Virus record (IMG/VR): IMGVR_UViG_3300033148_004307
Reading direction: 5' to 3' (one strand)
Length of the DNA: 64,000 nt
From: an uncultured virus (IMG/VR IMGVR_UViG_3300033148_004307)
Taxonomy: Duplodnaviria > Heunggongvirae > Uroviricota > Caudoviricetes
The notes under the pieces are model-generated. The model searched no databases and was not told where the DNA came from. It was given only the letters and a program-made list of their open reading frames with translations. Both the position numbers and the translations under genes were made by a program. Shown in pieces: positions 46,422 through 54,549 of this stretch; the stretch's first letter is position 1, and each line of letters opens with the position of its first letter.

Positions 46422-47010
46422 TTATTATGTTGAATGAAGTAATTGAATCATGGGAAAATCTGAAAGATAGAATACTGACTCATAGGAGAAATTGTACCGA
46501 TTGGGCAGATGGGGATGATTGTTATGATTGCCATAAGGGAACTATATCTCTAGTTGAGAATGAATTAAACATCAGATTCAAAGAATTGATATTGATAAAA
46601 TAGACTAGGCACTACAGGGTTGATAAAATGATTGAAGCAAATAAACTAAAAATGAAATTCATTAAAGGATTTATAATTGGTGGTGGTATTCCTATTGCAA
46701 CATTATTAACCTATCCAAATATATCTACCATACATCTTTTAATAATATGTAATTTATCCGTTTTAATAGCGATTCCATACTTATATCATTCAATTAAAAA
46801 ATTAGTAATCAATGGATAACAAAGGTGGTCTTATGGATGTAGTTGGAAATACAATATCTGATGTAATAAATAAATTACAAGAGAAAAGTCTAACTGAAAA
46901 TGAAATTTATAATTGTTGTTTGGCATTAAAACATATTAAGAGTCAATTAAAGAAATTACTATAAAAAGAAATGGATAACAAAGTGAATACATTGTAACAA
47001 AGGTGGTAAT

Positions 47011-47454
47011 ATGAAGAAAGAAAAAGAATACGGAATAACAGAACTGCAATTTAGAATAATGGCATCACTCAAAGAAGGTCAGAGTACACCGATAGAAATA
47101 TCAAATTACTTGGTACAAAATTTCAAAATGATTGATATGACACCAGAAATAGTTGTAAAGGAAATGAAAGAATTAGTAGATAAAGAATTTATAGCGAAAT
47201 CAACAAATGAAAAAACTTTTGAAGATTATTATGCTGATTATGTAGAAATGTGTATAGAAGATAATAGTGAACCACTACACCCAGATAGTTGGTTTCAAGC
47301 TACGCAATATATGTTTGAAAATCAAGTAGGAATTAGCGATAAAGGAAAAGAAGCACTAGAATCAGATAGAAAAACAAGAGAACCAATATCGGATGAGAGA
47401 AAAAAAGAATTGAGAGAATTAATATCAATAATGAGGGATAAATCGAACAAATAA
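47011..47454 (+). CDS. Winged-helix (PadR/MarR-like) protein with insertion
   Basis: TELQFRIMASL...MKELVDKEFI...ISDKGKEAL. Confidence 0.55.
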   Translation: MKKEKEYGITELQFRIMASLKEGQSTPIEISNYLVQNFKMIDMTPEIVVKEMKELVDKEFIAKSTNEKTFEDYYADYVEMCIEDNSEPLHPDSWFQATQYMFENQVGISDKGKEALESDRKTREPISDERKKELRELISIMRDKSNK

Positions 47455-47474
47455 TGGATAACAAAGGTGGTAAT

Positions 47475-48089
47475 ATGGCAGATGAAGGGTATTTGCAAAT
47501 GAAAATGAAGGAATTAAAAGAGGATATTAGAGAATTAGAATCTAAAATGAAAAATCACGAAACTGAAATGGAATCATTATATCGTAATATAAAAAACAAA
47601 TTGGATAAATATTATGATTTAATGAAGCCAATAATAGAAAATACTGATTTAATTAAGAATTATGAAGATAAATTAAAAGAACTTTTCAATAAAAAATCGG
47701 ATGAAATACATAAAAAATTGTTATCAAAGGTATATGAATATGCCAAAGAAAATACAAAACAATCTACAAACCAAATTAAAGAAATGTTGGTAGTTCTACT
47801 TGAAGAAACAAATATAGGTCTTGATGAAAAAGTAAATCCAATCAGAAATGATATTACACAATGGATGGAAATGAATGATTTGAGAATATATAATTTAATT
47901 CATAAATTGAATGACGAATTAAATCTAAATATACATCCAAATGATTTAGATTCAGAGGGCATTATAATTAGTGTAAATGCAGAGGGAGAAAAAAATTTAG
48001 TATTGCCAAAAAACATTCAGAAAATGGTAGATGATGTTAGAATAGAGGACTTTGAAAGATACTTAGAAGAAAATAAACAAAATAAATAG
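47475..48089 (+). CDS. Coiled-coil protein, paralog of 17056-17592
   Basis: Shared N-terminal ~60 aa. Confidence 0.75.
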   Translation: MADEGYLQMKMKELKEDIRELESKMKNHETEMESLYRNIKNKLDKYYDLMKPIIENTDLIKNYEDKLKELFNKKSDEIHKKLLSKVYEYAKENTKQSTNQIKEMLVVLLEETNIGLDEKVNPIRNDITQWMEMNDLRIYNLIHKLNDELNLNIHPNDLDSEGIIISVNAEGEKNLVLPKNIQKMVDDVRIEDFERYLEENKQNK

Positions 48090-48108
48090 GCACTACAGAG
48101 TTGATATT

Positions 48109-48345
48109 ATGGGAAATAAATGTTGGATTTGTCGTAGGAAAGGGGCTACTATTGAAACTGCTAAAGGATGGTTTCACGATGTATATTTGTGTGTAATATG
48201 TAATACTATAATTAATTTAAATTCATTTAATTCAGTAGTAAATTCTTTAGCAGAAATGTATGAAAATGAATGTGAAACCTATGGATATACTACTTTAGAA
48301 GAAAAATTCCAATGTTTATTAGAATTAATAGTAGGTAAAGTTTAA
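48109..48345 (+). CDS. Zinc-finger protein inserted between the duplicated gene pair
   Basis: CWIC...CVIC. Confidence 0.7.
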   Translation: MGNKCWICRRKGATIETAKGWFHDVYLCVICNTIINLNSFNSVVNSLAEMYENECETYGYTTLEEKFQCLLELIVGKV

Positions 48346-48366
48346 ACAGATAACAAAGGTGGTAAT

Positions 48367-49011
48367 ATGGATATAAAAGAACATAAAAAATTAGAAAGAA
48401 CAGAATCAGTTGTTAAAGATGTAGCAAATTATTTTTTAAAAGATTTAGAAATGTCAGAAATATCTAAGAAAATTCTTATAGCTGATTCAATTAGAATAGG
48501 AAAACAAATCAAAGATAACATAGGGAATAATGAACAATGGGTGTATGGTAGAGTAGCATTAAAATTAGCCTGTGATAAAAATAGTTGTGCATTAAGATTG
48601 AAAGTGAAAAATAAATATTTACAAAAAGGAAGAAAAATATCTGGTATAAAAACAAGATTATATCCAGAGGAATATTTAGATGCACAAATATCTATATTAA
48701 AGCACTATAATAATTGTATTGAAGATGATGAAACCAGAATAATTCTGGATAAAGTTAGGACTTGGGCATTACAAAAAATGAAAGAATTGTACGAAAACCC
48801 ATTAGAAACGAATTATATACCAATAAATATTTCTTTGGCATTAATTTATTTGGGATTAATTAAATATAAAACACCACACACACAATTAACATTAAGACAA
48901 TTATTTAATTGTGGAGAGGGCAATATTGGAAGAATATCAAGAGATTTAGTAAAACATTTTGATTTTATTTCAGAGGAATGGTATAAATATTATCATAGAA
49001 TAGAGATATGA
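48367..49011 (+). CDS. TFIIB/TFB-like cyclin-fold protein, paralog of 17618-18283
   Basis: GRVALKLACDKNSCAL, YPEEYLDAQIS, IGRISRDL shared. Confidence 0.6.
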   Translation: MDIKEHKKLERTESVVKDVANYFLKDLEMSEISKKILIADSIRIGKQIKDNIGNNEQWVYGRVALKLACDKNSCALRLKVKNKYLQKGRKISGIKTRLYPEEYLDAQISILKHYNNCIEDDETRIILDKVRTWALQKMKELYENPLETNYIPINISLALIYLGLIKYKTPHTQLTLRQLFNCGEGNIGRISRDLVKHFDFISEEWYKYYHRIEI

Positions 49012-49055
49012 ATTAAATATAGAAGAATAATTTAATGGATAACAAAGGTGGTAAT

Positions 49056-51836
49056 ATGAGGTCAGATGAAAATATATGTATCAATTGTGCTTATTGTATT
49101 AATGTAACTCTCGCTTTCAAAGATGAACATGGAAATGGTATTGGGAAAAAACGTAATCAATATTTTTGCAATTCAGATAAATATGGTGGTAATTGTGAAC
49201 AATTAAGTGAATATCGTTTTCCTGTAAAGAAATGGGATGAAATATACGATTGTGAATCATTTAAGTGGGGTAGACCTAAAAAAATGTTTGTATATGTTGG
49301 AATACCTAAACATACACATCCCAAATCCAAAAAATAAAAAATAGGTGGTAATATGGATGATGAAAATACAGTAAAAATATATCAAGTGGATGCAAACAAT
49401 AATAAAATGTTCTTAGTGGCATCTGAAAAGATAGCTATAAAATTATGTAAAGAAATGAATGTAAGAAACAGAGCATTAGAGCAAATGAGGAATAAAGGAG
49501 AAACCGAGTTGAAATGTGTATCAATTTATGAAAGAAAATGGACATACAAAAGAGTATGGGTGTATAATGATGTATCCTACATTCTTAAAAACTGTCCACT
49601 CTTGATTGAACCAGAGTTGGTAAAATGATTGGAATATTATTATTTGCCTATCTTTTAATTGCATGGGGTGTCATAACTTTATCATATAATTTATACAATA
49701 TGGCTACAATCAATAAAAGATGGAAAAACCGTATGATGAAGTCAAAGAATGAAAATCACTAATTAGGCACTACAGGAGAGATTTAGAATGACAACTATTG
49801 ATGATATTGAAAAAGAAGAAATGTATGAAGATAATTTAGAAAAACCAAGAGCAAAACATATTGACCATGTACGAGTCAAAATGATTAGATTAAATGACTT
49901 GAAGCAAATGGCAATAGATTGGAGTCAGGAAGATATAAGGGAATTTGTAGATAAAATCTATTTAGAGTATCTAAAACTAAGTGGAAAAGATACATTATGG
50001 GATTTTGGAGAGTATTGTATTAAGCAATTCTTAAATGATAAATTCAGGACATTGAATTGAAAGATATGGATAACAATCTAGGTAATTTGTAACAGATGTG
50101 GTAATATGGAACATGAAGAAACGATAAAAATAAATGGATATAGTGTTGGGGATGAATCAGTAGGGATTGCATCTATTGAATTTGCCCTAGATACAGGGCT
50201 AGAACAGATAGATGATGAACAAAGACAATTCATAAGAGAACACATACTCCAGAACATAGAAGAATTGCACGATAATGGAAAATTGATTTATCATTATTCA
50301 GATGATGATAGTGAATGGTAATATGACTCCCGATATAATTATAACTGTATCTGATAAGGCTTATAAGAGGCTAAAAGAGATAGCAGAAACCAAAGAAGTA
50401 TCAATAGAGGAAGAATCCTTCAAGTACACTATGAAATGGCTAAATAATGCCTCTAATGAGCAATTCCAAGAGAAATTAAAAAGTGTTAAGCAATACGCAA
50501 TCAAAAAAAAAGAGGAAAAATGGTTCAGTAAATATCCACTACAATCATACATCCTACAAAAATATAAGAATGGAGTAGAAAAAATATTACAATGGAGAAC
50601 AGGCAGAATCCCAGAATTTTCTATCCATCCTTATTATTATGATAAATGGGGATTGTTTTATTGCAAAATACACTTACAGAAACCAAGTGGAATATTTACT
50701 TCAATAATGAAAGATTCTGAAAAATATTATACATTCAAAACATTAAAGGCATTGAAAAGGAAAGTAAATTCATTATTTGGATATGAACATTACAAAGTAA
50801 AGTAGGTGGTAATATGGCAATTTGTAAATGTAAATCAGAACCAAGAGGTTCTAATGGCTTAGAAGGTTTCATTCTTAATAATAATTATTATTTTAAAATG
50901 ATAAACTATGGCAATAATAGATATGTCAGGATATTTCTGTCAAAGGATTATTCTGAAAGATGTGGAATAAGAGTATTTCAAAAATACTTCAAACAAATAC
51001 AAAATAGTTAGGCACAACATTAAAGGAGAAATAAGGGGAAATAAAATGGTAAATGAAAAATATTGGAACATAAATGGATATGGATATAGAGGGGTGGATT
51101 CAAAAGAGGCACTTGGGAAATATGCAGATGATTTTCTCGATAAAGCTAAGATTGAAAGAGAATACCCCATTGTATTTAAAAGAATATCAAAGAAGGTATT
51201 TGATAGCTATGCAAAGGGATGATTAATATGAGCTTTGATGAATGGGAAAGACGAAGGAACATTGATATGGCGAAAGATTTTCCATACAGGGAATTTTTAT
51301 CAGATGATGGAGTAAAAACATTCTCTCCAAAACCTCAATATGTGAGGGGTGGAGAATTATTCAAATGTCCATTTTGTGATTTTAAATGCTCTAGCCATAG
51401 TTATAATTGCTATAGAGGATTTGAGGAAGCAATATTGGAACATATTGGAGAAAAACATGAATGTCCACATAATTATGATTCATGTGGGTTGAATTGTGGT
51501 AAATTCAGGATAACAAAAGAAGGAAATAAGTGTACTTTAAAAGATAAAGTAAATTAGGCACTACAATAAGAAGGTGGTAATACAATGGATAATGTAATTA
51601 TGTATAAGATAGACAAAATCAAGATGTTTATGATTGGAGAGGAAAGGAACAATGCAGAAACAATCATAGAGATAATGAAAAAAGAAGGATATGAGGTAGT
51701 ATATCTGATTGATGAATTGGACTTAATGACAGTAAAAAAGAGGAAGGTAGTTCATTTTGTTAAGAAGAATAAATTGGAAAAATTAGAAGTTGATAAAGAA
51801 AATAAAGTAAAGATAAATGAAAAAGATAGAATCTAA
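49056..51836 (+). other. Array of small hypothetical genes (49056-49337, 49353-49628, 49788-50060, 50106-50321, 50323-50805, 50814-51011, 51228-51557, 51585-51836)
   Basis: Abutting + ORFs with RBS and motif A/B linkers. Confidence 0.7.
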
Positions 51837-51999
51837 AGGAGAAATGGAAATGATAACCACATTTAGAAAAATAGGAAATTCGCACTATGTATTAGTGCCT
51901 CTGAGAATAGTAGAATCAAAGAAATTGAAAAGTAAAACAGAATTTGACGTACATGAAAATGTATGGGATGATGTATTTAGAAAGCCCCATAAAAAATAG
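51817..51999 (+). CDS. AbrB/MazE-like protein
   Basis: FRKIGNSHYVLVP. Confidence 0.65.
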   Translation: MKKIESKGEMEMITTFRKIGNSHYVLVPLRIVESKKLKSKTEFDVHENVWDDVFRKPHKK

Positions 52000-52308
52000 G
52001 GCTTTCGGTGGTAATACAATTATCTGTTAGGGTTGTAAATGTTTATATTGATTTCGGTGTACTATGATAGTGAACTTAGCCGAGTTTATCATTGATGGGG
52101 ATAAAGTGAAACTCATCACACGATGTTATAATTGCAATAAGGATGTTGATGTGATAGAGGCATTATTACATAACCTACCAGAGAGTTCAAGATTTCTACC
52201 AAGTAAAGATAAACCAATAATAGATATTCAAATAAATCTTAGGTGTCCAGATTGCAAATTTCAATTTAGGATAAACAGATTAAAGTATTTAGAGAAATAG
52301 GTGGTACT

Positions 52309-52587
52309 ATGAGTAATGGCTATAAAAGAACAATAAGGCATATAAATATTCTAATGTCAGATGGAAAAATCAGGCATACAATGGAGATTTACGACTACTT
52401 AAAAGTGAATACAAAATATGGGGCTACGACTCAATCATTAGCTAATATATTAGCCAAATTAATGTTTAAAGATATTGAGAAGGTAGGCACTACAAAAGTA
52501 AAATCTTTCTATGGTGGTAATGGACTATTGGCATTATGGCAAAAGAGAGGAGTGGATAAATATGGGTCAAAGAAAAAAGATTCCTGA
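52309..52587 (+). CDS. DUF3860-like paralog
   Basis: TMEIYDYL-x3-TKYGATTQSLANIL...IEKVG. Confidence 0.55.
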   Translation: MSNGYKRTIRHINILMSDGKIRHTMEIYDYLKVNTKYGATTQSLANILAKLMFKDIEKVGTTKVKSFYGGNGLLALWQKRGVDKYGSKKKDS

Positions 52588-53266
52588 TTCTACAATTATT
52601 AAAATAATGAAAGATATTGATGAAGGAAAATTCAAACTAAGAGTGAAGGCTAGAGAATTAGAAATAGCCCCTAGCTCACTCCATGCTAGAATCAAGAAAC
52701 TCAGAAATCAACAATCCATACATAATGATATATTAACAATTCCAGAAGTTAAAAAGACCGAACAGTTGAAAAGACCGAACACTATCACACCAGAAGTTAA
52801 AAAGACCGAACAGTTGAAAAGACCAAACACTATCACACCAGATGCTAAAAAGACAGAACAGTTAAAAAGACCGAACATTAACAAGATAAAAAACAAATCA
52901 AAAATTAAGAAGAAAAGACCTACAACTATGGAAGGAAGAAATCTTTGTCAGGATATGAATATCTTGGTAATGAGAAATAGAAATAAATACTGCCCTACAG
53001 AATTATTCCATTCTATTCATTGGACTTATACAGGAAAATCTATAAGAATTAAAAGAAATCAATTATTGAAAAATTTGATTGAATTATTCAAAGAAGATGA
53101 TAATGATAAGAGAAAATTCCCTTATGAATTTTATGCTTATACTTATTGGATTCTATCAGGAAAACCTTATAAATATGATGAATCGAAAATAATCAAAAGT
53201 ATTATTACATTATTAAAGAAACAAATCAAAATGTCAATAGTCAGGGGTGGGTATAAGAATGGATAA
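52562..53266 (+). CDS. HTH DNA-binding protein with three internal 16-aa repeats
   Basis: LRVKARELEIAPSSLHARIKK HTH; PEVKKTEQLKRPNTIT x3; start after GAGGAG. Confidence 0.75.
   Translation: MGQRKKIPDSTIIKIMKDIDEGKFKLRVKARELEIAPSSLHARIKKLRNQQSIHNDILTIPEVKKTEQLKRPNTITPEVKKTEQLKRPNTITPDAKKTEQLKRPNINKIKNKSKIKKKRPTTMEGRNLCQDMNILVMRNRNKYCPTELFHSIHWTYTGKSIRIKRNQLLKNLIELFKEDDNDKRKFPYEFYAYTYWILSGKPYKYDESKIIKSIITLLKKQIKMSIVRGGYKNG
52742..52878 (-). repeat. Inverted, in-frame copy of the iteron array (3 x 48 bp, six cores)
   Basis: AAAAAGACCGAACAGT and CCAGATGCTAAAAAGAC are reverse complements of units in 33379-33779. Confidence 0.9.
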
Positions 53267-53423
53267 TCCGATATGTGATTTCTGTACTGAAAATGAAAGT
53301 GTAAAAGCAGAAAATATGCGTGGAATAGATATTTACCTTTGTGAAGGATGTTTGAAGTGGAGAATTAGAATTTTAGAAGCAATCTGTTATGAAGAATCAA
53401 TAAATCAATAGTAAGGAGTCAAT

Positions 53424-53726
53424 ATGAAAAAATCCAATACAATCAAAATCCTACATTTAACAATAAAATACAAATATTTTAAACTAATTGCCGAAGGAAG
53501 AAAACCATTAGAGTTCAGAGAAATGAAACCATATTGGACAAAAAGAATAATGAAAAATTTATTTGAAACAAAAGATTTCGATGAAATACATATAAGAAAT
53601 GGATATAATAAAAACAATCCTTTTATGAGAATTAAATGGAATGGCATGGTATTGAAGAAATATAATAAAAAAATATGTTTCGCTATTGATGTTACAGAAA
53701 TCATTGAGATAATTAATTATAGATAA
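53424..53726 (+). CDS. ASCH domain protein
   Basis: LHLTIKYKYFKLIAEGRKPLEFRE-x-KPYW-x2-R, NGY. Confidence 0.8.
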   Translation: MKKSNTIKILHLTIKYKYFKLIAEGRKPLEFREMKPYWTKRIMKNLFETKDFDEIHIRNGYNKNNPFMRIKWNGMVLKKYNKKICFAIDVTEIIEIINYR

Positions 53727-53756
53727 TTCAAGAATAAAATAATAGAAGGTGGTAAT

Positions 53757-54131
53757 GTGGAAGAATCATTTAAGTTGATAAGAGAATATAATGAGAAATA
53801 TCATCCTGATTGGAAAGAAACATTGGATGTTTATTTGTCAAATGCGATAGCTGGAGAAACAGGGGAATTATGTAATGCAGTAAAGCATTTTTACGGTGGT
53901 GGTTCAAAAGGAAAAATCACAGATAGTAAAGATAGCTTTTTTTACGAATGTGCAGATATATTCATCTATCTATCGGTATTTTTGATGAAAAATGGGATAG
54001 AAGCAGAACAATTCAAAGAGATTATCAAAATAAAGATGGAAAGAAATAAAAACAGATTATTAAAAAGAAAATTAGAAACAGAAATCAAGAAACAAGAAAA
54101 AGAATTTGAATGGGCAAAAGATAAATGTTAG
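53757..54131 (+). CDS. MazG-like nucleotide pyrophosphohydrolase
   Basis: GETGELCNAVK...ECADIFIYL. Confidence 0.8.
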   Translation: MEESFKLIREYNEKYHPDWKETLDVYLSNAIAGETGELCNAVKHFYGGGSKGKITDSKDSFFYECADIFIYLSVFLMKNGIEAEQFKEIIKIKMERNKNRLLKRKLETEIKKQEKEFEWAKDKC

Positions 54132-54151
54132 GAACTATAGGAAGTGGTAAT

Positions 54152-54496
54152 ATGGTATTGACTAATGAAGAAATAATTGCAGAAATGAAGGAATCAATAA
54201 AGAAGATAAAAAGATTCAAAGAGGAAAATAAACACCCTCATTGTTTGATTTGTGAACAATTTGAGGAAGGGTTCAATCTTAAAATATTAATGGTAAAAAA
54301 TGAAAATGTTTACATTCAAAGCAGATTGCCTAAAGATGCAGAGATTGGAAATATTCTAACAAATGAAAATTATAATCCAGATGATTACATAATGGCATTA
54401 TTAATCAATAACTGTCCATTCTGTGCAGAGAGCTTAGATTTTGGATTATCATTCGATGCTATGATTGAAAGCATGAAAAGGGATATGGAAGTTTAA
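54152..54496 (+). CDS. Hypothetical zinc-binding protein
   Basis: CLIC...INNCPFC. Confidence 0.65.
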   Translation: MVLTNEEIIAEMKESIKKIKRFKEENKHPHCLICEQFEEGFNLKILMVKNENVYIQSRLPKDAEIGNILTNENYNPDDYIMALLINNCPFCAESLDFGLSFDAMIESMKRDMEV

Positions 54497-54549
54497 CGAA
54501 AATAATAAATACTTAAAAGTAATTAGGCACTACATTAGGTGGTAATACA

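Larger units (their letters stand above)
6584..50094 (+). repeat. Dispersed junction motif B, ATGGATAACA with optional N12-WGTAACA extension
   Basis: Long form at 6584,7120,13851,16793,19452,23870,26531,46971,50066; short form at 17035,19267,23462,46812,47454,49035; always just before an RBS/start. Confidence 0.92.

Noticed and set aside
47454..47474. Shared N-terminal peptide MDNKGGNM/MDNRCGNM in several track ORFs
   Set aside because: It is the translation of motif B plus RBS; true starts are the downstream ATG
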